Shown here: positions 1 through 12,445 of the stretch, one piece after another | Position numbering within the stretch: position 1 is the stretch's first letter | Layout of the letters: each line of letters starts with the position of its first letter | NCBI RefSeq assembly: GCF_001194135.2 | Contig: NC_068982.1 | Coordinates: 27,937,384-28,001,383 of the forward strand | DNA length: 64,000 nucleotides | Direction: 5' to 3' | Origin: Octopus bimaculoides | Taxonomy: Eukaryota | Translations under genes and position numbers: made by a program | Notes under the pieces: generated by a model | What the model was told of the DNA's origin: nothing | Databases searched by the model: none | Seen by the model: only the letters and a program-made list of their open reading frames with translations

Positions 1-30
1 TTGTCAGCCCCTATCAAACCATCCATACTA

Positions 31-73
31 GCATGGAAAGTAGACATTAAATGAAGTTGATGAGGATGATGAT

Positions 74-105
<32 letters not shown>

Positions 106-279
106 TAGATATGTTTTGACCAAAGATTGGTCCAGGCCATGTCTAACTTAATAGCACCACCTGATAGGATTATCTAAATCCTTTTTACAGTCAAGCNNNN
201 NNNNNNNNNNNNNNNNNNNNNNNNNNNNNNNNNNNNGCATGGAAAGTAGACATTAAATGAAGTTGATGAGGATGATGAT

Positions 280-311
<32 letters not shown>

Positions 312-402
312 TAGATATGTTTTGACCAAAGATTGGTCCAGGCCATGTCTAACTTAATAGCACCACCTGATAGGATTATCTAAATCCTTTTTACAGTCAA
401 GC
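31..402. other. Identical 166-bp segment duplicated on both sides of a 40-N gap (probable assembly overlap artefact)
   Basis: 31-196 equals 237-402, including the TA tract length; Ns at 197-236. Confidence 0.85.
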
Positions 403-2122
403 CTTGTTTATCATCCATTCAAGTAGTGAGTTCTTAATGAGTGAGTTGTATCCAGGTATGGGTGGCTTGTCTGGTATTCCTTGAAGAAATCTGTCTAGAC
501 TCCGTTTAAAGCTGATAGGATCCTTTTCCTCTTTTATCTGTTTCGGGACAATGCTATATATATATATATATTATACCTTTGAAAATCCACATGCCATGCA
601 CGTGTATGTTTTAGTCCAAGATGGGAAGAGCACTATCTGAAACCTTTCCAAACCATCATACTTTGGTGAGATTGATGCAGTTAGTGTTTCAGTTTGGACT
701 TTTACAGACTGATACCTGTACAAGATATATGGACACAGTGGAATTCCTGGGGGTTGCATCGCTAGGATAGAATATTGAACAAAGTATTTAGTGACAAGAA
801 ACAGTGAAAATAATGAGAAGAACATGGGACACATCAGTTAGACTTCAGAGATGGTGGTACATAAATGTATCAAAAGAGCAGGTGTTGTTACCTCATGGTA
901 TCCATCATAGTATGATTGTGGAGAGTCAACAAGAGCATTGCTGTGAAGTTGCTCAACCAGCTAGTTTTCCCTTGAATCACACCCTATTTTCTTAAAAGAA
1001 GGGGGTCACATTGGATAATGTAGTCTCATATATAAAATGTATGTTTGAATAGAAGACAGAATGCTTTGTCAGGGTTCACTTGAAGCTACACCATAACATA
1101 TAATTATCAGCATTCTTATCAGCACATTATGTTGGGTCTAATCCTTAATCCATACACTCAAGAACCAAACCATTTAAAGCGTCACATTAGATCTATGAAA
1201 AAATAAGGTCTGAACTGTTAATGGAGTAACTTCTTGAGCATTTAACTTAATTTTCTCATAACTGTTACATTTTGTTCCTGCCTGTAGATGCTGCAAGCTT
1301 TAATATTTTGGCTATGTAGCTGTTTTTTTTCCCCTTGCATCAGTCTTTTTTTAAATATCAAATTTAATACCCAGCATAATCTTTTATGTGCTATTTTTAT
1401 CTTGATATCGTCTTCCCACTTGATATCTTGAATTGTAGCTAAATCCCACAATAGTGACAACCAACAATTATCCACAGCAAATATTTAGTAAAAAAAAAAA
1501 AAAAAGTACCAGGAAAGAAGTATTTTGTGAGAGCAAAATAATGTTGTCTAAATTCTATGAATGTAAGAATGGAAATGAGAATATGAAAGGCTGAAAGAGT
1601 GAGGTTGTGGGGAAGTTAATTGAAGGGTTACTTCAGCCCTTACAAATTTGACTTAAAATCTCCACATTCAGCTTACACATACACACACACATGCATGCAC
1701 ACACACACACACACACACACAAAGTAACAACAACAACATATTTAACTACAGACATTGCTATCAATTTTATACTATTATTGTTGTTGCCAGTTAGTTATTC
1801 AAATGTTGCTGGGTTGGTAGGAATGGCGGTATTGGTGGTGGTGTTCATATTGTTCTTGTTAATTGTATTGTGGTTCCTGCTTAGTCTCAAGTCCAATCCT
1901 CATTGACCTGTGATCAAAGTCGTTTCTTTCAACTTTTAGAATGCACCAGGGTGATTATTTTTTAAATTTAGCTGGAGTTGCTTATCATGTTCAAACTATT
2001 GTTTTACTGTTGTTGTTCTTTGTGATTCAAGAAAATGTGTACACACATCAATATTCACTGAGAAAGTTTCCACCTCACACTTCATAAATGTTATAGTGAT
2101 GCATACACACACACACACACAC

Positions 2123-2164
<42 letters not shown>

Positions 2165-2575
2165 NNNNNNNNNNNNNNNNNNNNNNNNNNNNNNNNNNNN
2201 NNNNNNNNNNNNNNNNNNNNNNNNNNNNNNNNNNNNNNNNNNNNNNNNNNNNNNNNNNNNNNNNNNNNNNNNNNNNNNNNNNNNNNNNNNNNNNNNNNNN
2301 NNNNNNNNNNNNNNNNNNNNNNNNNNNNNNNNNNNNNNNNNNNNNNNNNNNNNNNNNNNNNNNNNNNNNNNNNNNNNNNNNNNNNNNNNNNNNNNNNNNN
2401 NNNNNNNNNNNNNNNNNNNNNNNNNNNNNNNNNNNNNNNNNNNNNNNNNNNNNNNNNNNNNNNNNNNNNNNNNNNNNNNNNNNNNNNNNNNNNNNNNNNN
2501 NNNNNNNNNNNNNNNNNNNNNNNNNNNNNNNNNNNNNNNNNNNNNNNNNNNNNNNNNNNNNNNNNNNNNNNNNNN

Positions 2576-2622
<47 letters not shown>

Positions 2623-2639
2623 GTATAAGAATATCCACC

Positions 2640-3720
2640 ACCACCTCTACTAATTAGATCATCTAAATGGTAGAAGCTATCAACTACACTCATAGGGAAC
2701 CTTCTGGGCAGTTGATAGACTCCCTTGACCTCTCAGTGCTTACTATCTATGTTCACTTGTAGCATATGAAGTCTACCTTCTCCATTAGTTTGCCTGTGAT
2801 CCCACTACATCTCTTGCCTGCCATACTTTACACCAGGTACACTCTGAGGAAGTCCCACTTACTCCTTTCCTGCATGTGAGTACAGCCATTTCCCAAATAG
2901 TATCAGGGTCCTATCTTCTTGCCTACTTACTGATATTTTGATATTTTAGTCTTTGCTAAGTAAACTTTGAGACCTCTCAATTCTAGGTTTTGCTTCCTCA
3001 TCTGGAATTTCTTCTTTAAATCCACCACTGATTCAGCTATAAAAACTAGGACATCAGCATGTAAGAGTTCCCATGGGCAGCTAGTCTTAAACTTCACTGC
3101 TTTGGCTTGGAGGACTATAATGAACAGAAAGGGGTTGAAAACAGATTCCTGATAGACTCCTATTTTAATTTCAAATTCATTACTAAACTCATTGCTGATT
3201 CTCACTTTGCTAACACTGCTTCTGTACATGGCTTATATGGCTGTCACAAGCCATTCATCTCCTCCTAGTCTTCTTGGTGACTACCTAATCCAGGTATAGT
3301 GGCTTATTCTTGGCTAAGTATTTCTACAGTTGTTTCATTAAAAATATAGCATCTGTAGTATTCCTTCCAAATTCAAAGCTGAACTATATTTCATCCTGGT
3401 TAATTCTCATACTAATCAATTGGGCTATTTTACATTCTGTAACATATCTTGCAGTTTGATACTTCTGTAATTACTTCTCTTTAAGACATATCCTTTGCTT
3501 TGTAATAGCTGACAATGCTACTTCTAAGCCAGTTATTGGGTATGACACCTTCCTGAACTACCTGATTGACTATGCAGGTGATTAGTTTGTATCCTACATC
3601 ACCCAATATTTTAAGCATCTTAGTGGTGATTCCTGAAGGTACAGGAGCCTTCCCTATCTTTATATACTTAATCACTATCAAACTACTGTCAACTTGAATG
3701 GCTAGTCCTTCAATAAGGTC
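2640..3720 (-). mobile_element. Decayed RTE-clade LINE, reverse transcriptase fragments
   Basis: Minus-strand peptides KIGKAPVPSGITTKMLK, IGVYQESVFNPFLFIIVLQA, PWELLHADVLVFIAES (degenerate YADD) and VVDSFYHLDDLIS are typical of RTE RT; stops and frameshifts present. Confidence 0.8.
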
Positions 3721-3751
3721 CATTCTTTGTCCCATACATTTTCTATAAGTG

Positions 3752-4045
3752 AAGGCACATGGTTTAGTGGTTAGGGTATTCAACTCATGATTGTTGGGTC
3801 ATGAGTTCAATTCCCAGTGTCTTGTTGAGCAAGGCACGTTATTTTGCATTGCTCCAGTCCACCCAGCTGGCAAAAATGAGTTGTACCTGTAATTCTGTAT
3901 CATGTTGAATCTCCCTGATAATTATGTTAAGGGTACATGTGTCTGTGGAGTGCTCAGCCACTTGCATGTTAATTTCATGAGCAGGCTGTCCCATCGATCA
4001 GATCAACTGAATTACTCGTCATCATAACTGATGGAATGCCAATTA
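3752..4045 (+). repeat. tRNA-derived SINE (family also at about 55930-56255, minus strand)
   Basis: A-box tggtttagtggt and B-box gagttcaattcc; the same body occurs inverted near 56 kb. Confidence 0.7.
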
Positions 4046-4460
4046 ACATTTTAGACATTAAGTAATCTCTCATAATTGCATTTCCATGCCTCTTTCTTTT
4101 CAATCTCCACTATTGTTCCATATAAACTTCCCACCAATAGCACCCTGATTTTTTTCTAGCACACTGCTTGGTAATCCAGAATACCTCACACCTATTGTCC
4201 TTGCATCTTAAAATGTTGGCAAACTTTGTACTCTTCTTTTGAATGTTCTGAAAGCATTAGTAGCCTAGAGTAAGAACAGGGTGCACAAAAGTTCAGAGAA
4301 CTATTATCTCTGTTGGCGACGAAGGGCTTCTCTCTCAAAGTAAATGGTAGATAGTATGATGCATATGCATGAATATGTCATGACAGTATCCTTATAATTC
4401 CATCAGGAGATAAGAACCCATGGCTTAGCATGGCATGGCAGTATTAATGCTGTGCATAAG

Positions 4461-4680
4461 GTGGTGAGCTGGCAGAATCATTAGCATGCCAGATCAAATG
4501 CTTAGTGGCTTTTTATCCATTTTCAGTATTCTGAGTTCAAATTTTGCCAAGGTTGACTTTACCATTCATCCTTTCAGAGTTAGTAAAATAAAGTACCAGT
4601 GGAGCACTGGGGTGTATGTAATCGGCTTACCNNNNNNNNNNNNNNNNNNNATAATTCAGGCCTTGTGCCTATGATAGAAA
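4461..4680 (+). repeat. Most abundant tRNA-derived SINE family (head aaggyggtgagctggcagaat). Further copies at about 10830, 12460, 18950(-), 19640, 20460(-), 31790, 36216, 38114, 48600(-), 54183, 54413, 61257, 61490, 62655(-)
   Basis: Recurrent consensus gagctggcagaatcgttagca...ctgagttcaaattcc (B-box)...gcctttcatcctttcggggtcgataaa.taagtacca in more than 14 copies. Coordinates approximate. Confidence 0.85.
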
Positions 4681-4940
4681 GGATTATTAATGCTGTGCAT
4701 CCCTACACAGTTCTTAGGGCAAGTGAAGCTTCAGACATTATAGTGATTTAATGTGTGTGTGTGTTATTTTAGTTAAGTTTATCTAGGTTCAGTGGTAGAA
4801 TAAAGCTTTCAGGATGTTGTTATAGTAATACATTTGGAGTGTTGTGTATGAATCTGGGTCTCTCGTAATGGATTTTCAGGAAATGGCAGGGACTGCAGAG
4901 ACTGAAGCTCAATGAAATGTATGTCCATGTAGTTTTTCGA

Positions 4941-4975
<35 letters not shown>

Positions 4976-6153
4976 GGTGTACAACCTGTTATGATATTTA
5001 GGGCTCTGTTTTGTGTTCTATGTAGTCAATTGAAACACATTTTGATGAAGATTGGAGTTTACTTAACCCTTTTGAAACACATGGTGTTTTGGTATGTGTA
5101 GCCAAAAAGACCAAATTTTCATATATCAATAGGGGCTAAATCTGTCTCAGCATGTGGTCAATAGTGGATACTTGCTACTGAAGATGCTCAAATTACAGAA
5201 ATCTAGATTTAGTAATTCCACTGCCATCGGTGGATGCTTTTCATCTGCTAGACTTCTTTGCTTTTTTGCACTATATGAAATGCTTTCTTGAGATGAATAC
5301 CACAGTTTTCTGGCTTTTTACAGTATATCCACATTAAATAACATATTCAGAATGCTGTATGTGTGTGTGTGTGTGCATGCATACCTACCTACCTGCATGC
5401 ATGCATACATACATACATTCATTCATTCATTCATTCATTCATTCATTGTATATCTTATATTGAATGTGAGCTTTTTATATCTATATCTGATTATCAGGTC
5501 TTTCCCAGTTGATTTTCCATTTGCTAGTTCCACAACTATCAGGAGAGTTCCACTCTTCATGTAAAGTGCAAAATCTCTTATAAAAGAAACGATTGCACAG
5601 TACTCACTCTATTGTTTCATTGCTAATTTAACCATACTGCATAATGGTTGTGTTGCTTATTTCCTTACATTCCAGGTTCTTTCTCTTCTAAGATGCCTGC
5701 ATATCACACAAGAACGAAGCATTTTTAATCTTCCTGTATAAGCTTTCATAGTTATATACAGCTCGTGTGTTTCATACAAACCTACATTTGATAGTCCTAT
5801 ATTCATGTACTTTCCTTTGATAAAGTTTTAAATTTATTGTTCATAGTTTGCATTTAAGAGCAATTTGTTTGCTTATGCATGTCTCTTATCTGCACTTCTT
5901 GTAGATTTTGAGTTGTTTTCATAAATTCATTGCTAATGGCTCTTATATAAACGATATTCACTTTCCATCAAATGTTAATACTCAGTTATCTGACATTTTT
6001 CCGTAGTCTATCAGGTGTGGCTGTATGATAAGAAGTTTGTTACCCAACCACATGGTTTCAGGTTCAGTCCCACTGCAAGTGTCTTCTAATGCAGACCTGG
6101 GCTGACAGAAGCCTTGTGAGTGTACTTAGTAGACAGAAACTGAAAGAAGCCCA

Positions 6154-6199
<46 letters not shown>

Positions 6200-6412
6200 N
6201 NNNNNNNNNNNNTGTGTGAGGGGGTACTGAAAAGTTCCTGGTTTTAAAGGTATTGCAACCTTCTGAGTTTGATTACAGGGCTCAGAGAAACTGAAGGACT
6301 ACCTCAATAAATGTGTGAATCTGAGAGGGGAATATTCTGAATAAAATCATAGTTAACTGATCCTCCTGTATTTTCTTTTACTGAAAGCCAGGAACACATA
6401 TATATACTTGTA

Positions 6413-6452
<40 letters not shown>

Positions 6453-6454
6453 AT

Positions 6455-6695
6455 TCATTACTGTCTACTTATCTTCACATTGCATGATAGTTGTGAGTGT
6501 TGCCATCATGCAATTGGTGTTCTTTATCTCCAGTCTTCTGTAGAAATATGTCTGGTCATGGGGAAATATTACTTCACTTAGTAACAGATGAGGGTTGGTG
6601 ACAAAAAGGATATCCAGCCATAGAAATTGCACCTCAACAAATTCTGTCTGACCCATGAAAGCTTTGAAAAATGGATATTAAAATGATGATGATGA
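6455..6695 (+). repeat. SINE-like family with RTE-type (gat)n tail; copies also at about 39375-39570 and 50165-50345
   Basis: Shared catgtctggtcatggggaaatatt...gagggttggtgaca...cccatg.aagcatggaaa...atgatgat. Confidence 0.65.
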
Positions 6696-6949
6696 TTTCA
6701 ATATTACTTAATAAGTGGAGATGAAAGATAGTCTGACCTTTATTGATCCAAGCATATACTGTGTGGAGATGAAGTGTGATTTATAACTATATGGTTTAGT
6801 GTTTGTTACTAATGCACAGCATGATGAACGAGTACCTTCTACTACAGCACAGGCTTCCTCCAATCTTATGAGTGAAATTTCATGGCCAAAAACCTTGTGG
6901 GAGCCTATGTGATATCTTGGTCTTAATCACAGGTCTTCTCGCATTGTGA

Positions 6950-7520
6950 AATGCAAAAGGTTGCAAGCCTGTGCTAGTCTGGTTGATCTACCTCAGTTCT
7001 CTCCACTCTTGTCCAATTAGGTCTTCTGGACTATTTGGTACCAGGCATTCTTGGTCAAGCCCTTTTCCTATTTTACTTGTTCTGGAGTCCATGTCATTGC
7101 AATCTTTGCTGGTCAAATGTCTGACAAGTGTAAAATTTGATCTGCTTGGTGAAACTGATACAGTAACATTGTGTTTTGCAGCAACTTGGATTTGCTTTTC
7201 AGAAGAATTTCTTCATGTGTGATTCTATCTTGCATAGTAAATTTGCAGATCTTCCACAAACATAGTTGATGGAGTTAATGTCCAACTTCTTAGCTGTCTT
7301 TGTGAGTAATTTTTCATGTTTCAATGCTATACAAGACTGATGACCGAACATGTCCATTATAAAATCAGAACTTCAATGAACTGCTGATGCTTTTAATCCT
7401 GATTTGGCTCTTGCACTGGAATATAGATTTTGCTTTACCAATTCTACTATACACTCTATTTAGTATCCTTCTGTCACCACTGCCGAAGTAGGAAAATTAT
7501 CCACTTCTTCCACAATCAAT
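6950..7520 (-). mobile_element. Highly decayed RTE-type LINE, RT C-terminal region
   Basis: Minus-strand peptides IVEEVDNF, SRIGKAKSIF, VRSSVLYSIET and CLWKICKFTMQDRITHEEIL, with multiple stops. Confidence 0.55.
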
Positions 7521-7725
7521 GAAAATTGAAGTTGAGTTGTGGTATTAATCTACCTCACCTGTGGAAAGGTCAAGTTTTTTCTTCTTCCTTATTCTTCGTT
7601 ATGAATGCAGTATAATATGTACCAGAGGAAGAAAATGGTCTGATGTAATTAATTGAATAAAACACTTGAGTGAAGTTGAATGACGGAAACAAATAAAAGA
7701 ATGAAAGAGTACCTGTATGTATGTA

Positions 7726-7771
<46 letters not shown>

Positions 7772-8880
7772 TTATCAAAAGCAATGAGTCCAACAAAATA
7801 CATTTTGCTTTACCTAGTGGCATGTCATGGACTAAATTACCAAAAGAATGACAGTTTCTTGTATACAGAAATCTATACAGAAAGGCAGATTTCTAAATAT
7901 AAGTAACCATCATTCTTTTGATAATTTATTCCCTGATGTATTTTGTTAGATTTATTGTTTTACATGAAGCATATTGACACTTAGTCTTTGCATTTCTAAG
8001 TGACCTGACCATGTTCCCATGAACTAGTAATCTCAGGATTATGTATGTATGTGTTTGCAACCATACAAACATTCATACATAATATGATAAAATATACAAA
8101 TATGGAATAAAGAAAACAGTGATACATGAAACTTTTGTAAATTTCAACATATAAATAGATCTTGTTTCTATTGCTTTGAATCCAAATTAAATATATTTTA
8201 TTTTATTCTACAGGAGGGATGCAAACAACTATAAATAATACCCAATAGACAAAGGACATGATGTAATCTCATTGTCATGCTTTGACATTTAATTTTGAAA
8301 CTAGAGAGGACATTATGAAGTTTACATGTAAACTCTTTACTCTTGTTATTTAGTAAATATTTATGTCATAAATAAGATTGATGTGAATCTGATACTTATG
8401 AATTCTGTGAGTGATGGTTTTATCTTGTAGGATCATCATATTTTAAAGTTATAATGGCAGCTTCAGCTAATATAAAGTTTTTTTTTTTAACTATACCACA
8501 TGGTTAATATATCATTACATGAGACATCAAGAAATTTCTTTTCTATCTGCTGTAGCTGTTGTTGATGCCTTGTTGCTTTACTGTAATGTAAAGTAGGTAA
8601 CCTAGTTAATAGGTCTCACAGACACAGCCATTCCTCAACTTCATTATTATGGTTTCAAGAATAAGGTCAAAAAATGAAGGAAAAGAGTTTTCGTCAATAC
8701 CTCTCTAAATATCAAATACCTCATGCGTCTTTTCCCTTAGTTTACATTTTTGTTTCATGTCAGTGCATCTAGTTATGCATATGCATCTAACTGAGTATGA
8801 GTGTTTGTGTGTGTGTCATCATCATCATCATCATCTGTGTGTTGCAAATAATTTATAAATTCATTTGCATTCACACGCAT

Positions 8881-8936
<56 letters not shown>

Positions 8937-9543
8937 CCACATATATATTTAACTTTCTTACAAACAAATACATGCAGACATAAGTAACAAAGTGCGTAAT
9001 TTGACAATCCTCTGAATAATAGTAATCATAAATAGAAATTTGTCAGCATGTGATTTTTTTTGTTGTTTTTATTCAAAATTGTGTAAATGACATGCTTGCA
9101 GCATTATCCCCTTTTAAATCTTTCCATAATTCTCTATTCTATAGAAGTTGCAATTCAGTAAAATTTATATTTTTCGTGAGAATTTTTAATTACTGAAATC
9201 ACAATGTAGATGTGTTCATATTGTTTCTTCTTTTGTACTTTTGGTTGATAAATACTTGGTAATTAATCAATGACCTGACAGCAAGGTCAAACAAATAGCT
9301 TTATTGTCTCTTTAATAAGTATTATTTAATAGAAATTACTGAAATTTTAAAGGAGATTCAGTTGTGTGAAATATAAGAGGATAATTTTTGTATCATAAAA
9401 TAGAAGACAGAAAAAGTATAATTAAAGGTAAAATAATCAGAAGAAAAGCTATTTGGAATATTCTGGATTAAGGAAACATTTCACATGAGCTTATAGCATG
9501 ATAAAACCAACACAGCTGTACCCAATGTAAGCTATGGACACAT

Positions 9544-10108
9544 AAGAGGTGAGCAATATCAACAGGTGGTGTAAACAACAAATGGATGTATTAGTTTAAC
9601 GCTCGGGAATAGAGAAAGTCTTTAATGTTTCGAGCCTACACTCTTCAACAGAAAGGAACACAGAAAGAAATAAGGAGAGAAACAAGGAGAGAAAAAAATA
9701 TGTGTAGTGGTCAGCGATCTATCATGGCGAATGCCAGACAGAAGGGTCACACAGGCGAGTTAAGAAGAAGGGGAGATAACAAAGTAGTAGTGATCCCAAA
9801 ACGAAGGTGCGTGTGTGTGAGAGAATACTGGTGATCTTAACGTATGCATGTGTGTATGTAGGTGTGAAGGTATGAAAATGTGGGGATGGGAATTGGTCAG
9901 TGCTGGTGTGTACGTGGTGGTGTGTTGTGATGTGATGTGTTGTGTGATATGGTGTAGTGTGGTGTGATGTGATGGTGTTCGGAGGTGGGGGAGGCGAGAG
10001 TGGGGAAAGCATGGGTGGGGTGTGGGTTAGGCTGATGGTGGGCGTAGAGGTAGGGGTATGTGGGTAGGCAGAGGTTGGGGTTAGGTGGAGTATGTGGATA
10101 TGTATGTC

Positions 10109-10110
<2 letters not shown>
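9544..10110 (-). mobile_element. Probable Penelope-like element terminal-repeat fragment with degenerate hammerhead motif (9620-9655) and GT-rich tract
   Basis: Minus strand reads CUUU CUGUUGA A GAG UGUAGG CUC GAAAC AUU AAAG, the minimal type-I hammerhead layout. The adjacent 9850-10100 tract is almost purely G/T on the + strand. Confidence 0.45.
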
Positions 10111-10142
<32 letters not shown>

Positions 10143-10792
10143 ATATATATATATATATTTATATATGTGTATATGTATATATGTTATCTATCTATATATA
10201 AATATATATATGTCATCTATATATGTATATATATAATGTCATGTATATTATAAATATTATATGTGTACCCACATTTCTGTCAACTATACTATCCTGTACC
10301 ACAAGAAACTCAGCACTAAACACACACCAAACTTTACACGTAAAGTTTCCCTTGTGGTGCTTTTTAATCTCAGTATTGACAAGGCTGTTAAATCTCAACA
10401 ACAAACTCCGCTCTCTTACTGTAATTAATATTATAGCATAACATTACTGAATGTTTTTACGATGATAGTGATTATTGAAGAAATCATAAGCTTAATCCAG
10501 CCTTCCTTGTCACTTAGCTTTAGGAATATTTATACATCTACTCTTAGCCGCCTCTCCAATTATTGTTGTTATTAGGTTTGAGTGACTAAACACAAAACAG
10601 GTTATGTAATCTAACTAGAAGTGCTTAAGTGAAAATCTACAAATCAAATAAATTATTAACACAAATTAAAAAAAAAAAAACTCACACAGTCACAAATATG
10701 TATTCCCTGATGTAAAAGTCAATTTTAACATTAATCTCAAGTTGAATTGTCGAGTTTTGTTAACAAAAATGCAGGAATTATAAATGAAGGAA

Positions 10793-10823
<31 letters not shown>

Positions 10824-10915
10824 AGGAAGTAATTGGCAGAATCATTAGCATGCTGGACAAAATGCTTAGTGGCATTTTGTCCATGATTATGTTTTGGGCT
10901 CAAATTCCACTGAGG

Positions 10916-10964
<49 letters not shown>

Positions 10965-11009
10965 CATCACCACCATTATTTTCATTGATGCTTTTACTCT
11001 AGCAGATCT

Positions 11010-12445
11010 TATACTGGTACTATACTAAAAGAGTGAGTCATATCCAATGGACAAAGGTCTTTTGGATCATTCCTTCTCCTTCAACTTTCTACCACCCTCC
11101 TTAGAATCGCTGCCGTTCCTAACAAGGCTGTTTTCTGCAACAGCTCCATTCAGATGTTAATTCCTTGCTTCTCAAGACATATCCAACCTTTTACTTACTG
11201 CCCCCAGTGTACCAACATCAACCAGTATCACTTCTACATGTCTGATTCTCTATAGTTTCCTGATTTCCCATTCAGCTTTTGATATTTCTCTACTTTCTTA
11301 CTTTCTTTCTCATTCATCCTGTGTTTCCACAGCAAAGCCATATCCACAATAATTGCATTTTCCTTCTTTTCTATGACAGCAATGTCAAGTTTTCTAGCCA
11401 CAAAAAGATGGTTACACTGGATGGCCATATTCCATAAGATCTTAAATTGTTCTTTTCCAGCAACCTTTTCCAGTTGGTGCTCATACTATTTCTCACTTCT
11501 GCTCATGGTATACTTAAGACAGAGAGCTTCCAGTGAACCAATCTGACAATGTTGTCATGCCTTCTCTTGTACTCTTTTTGTGCGTGCATCTTACATTCAC
11601 TAATAATGTGGTTTATTGTTTCACCTTTCTTACCACACAACTGACTTGTCAAGATTGAACATGATATAGTTGTTCTCAGTGTCTGTCCATGGGCTGTGAA
11701 GATAAGGGTTTCAGTTTCAACTCTCAAGCTACTTTTCCTAATCCATTCCCTAGATATTATTTTAGTCAACTGTTTCAGGCATTTCCTGTAAGAATTGCCC
11801 ATACGTTTTCTTTTCTTTCCATCTATCCAAAGTGTCATTCTCTCAGTCTTGTTTAAATTCTCTTTTCCTTTGCTTCATCATTGCTTAGGATTTTTATATT
11901 TCTTGCTCCTGCCATCAATTTATCCTTTGAATTCTTTACATATCATACCAGATTATTTTTCTCAGAATTCACACACAATTCACAGCTAATGAAACCTCTT
12001 CCTCCTCTCTGTCACTTTTGAGGTGTAGAACCCTTTATAGTGTCATTATTTTCCTGGTCTTTTTATCATGCTCCTAAAGTTCATCAGTTCTCCATTCTGC
12101 CACACCAGCTTGGAGCTGCAACTACCCATGTGTTGACAGCCAGTATCCTATTCCTACCATTTAACTTTACCTTTAACATCAATTTCAGTCTTCATTTATA
12201 TTCCTTTGATATCAGCTCTTTCGTTTCCTTCTCTTTGATTTGGTCTGTTTCCAGGATGTCTAAGTACTTATTCCCATTGTTGTCAATTTCTTCCATAACT
12301 TCCCTGTCTGGTGATATAATTCCTTCCATCTTATCAATTCTATCTCTCTTCAGTAGTAGCACCCCACACTTTTTTACACCACATTCCTTCCCTATGTCCA
12401 TGCTGAATGTACGAACTGTCTGTCTGTCCATCATCACCATCAGTA
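11010..12445 (-). mobile_element. R4/Dong-like non-LTR retrotransposon fragment (RT end, CCHC knuckle, restriction-like endonuclease)
   Basis: SMDIGKECGVKKCGVL...NKYLDILE; LRVETETLIFTAHGQTLRT...LCGKKGETINHIISECKMHAQKEYKRRHDNIVRLVHWKL; KLDIAVIEKKENAIIVDMA...EKESKKVEKYQKL. The 3' end runs into (TAA)n on the element strand. Confidence 0.75.

Noticed and set aside
31-402. Apparent tandem duplication
   Set aside because: Exact identity across an N gap indicates unmerged contig overlap.
1996-2693. Long ORFs spanning N gaps (also 30955-31464 and 40602-41382)
   Set aside because: They are open only because of Ns and dinucleotide repeats.
5490-5760. Possible minus-strand exon ending at a gtgagt donor
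   Set aside because: All candidate acceptor-donor pairs contain in-frame stops.
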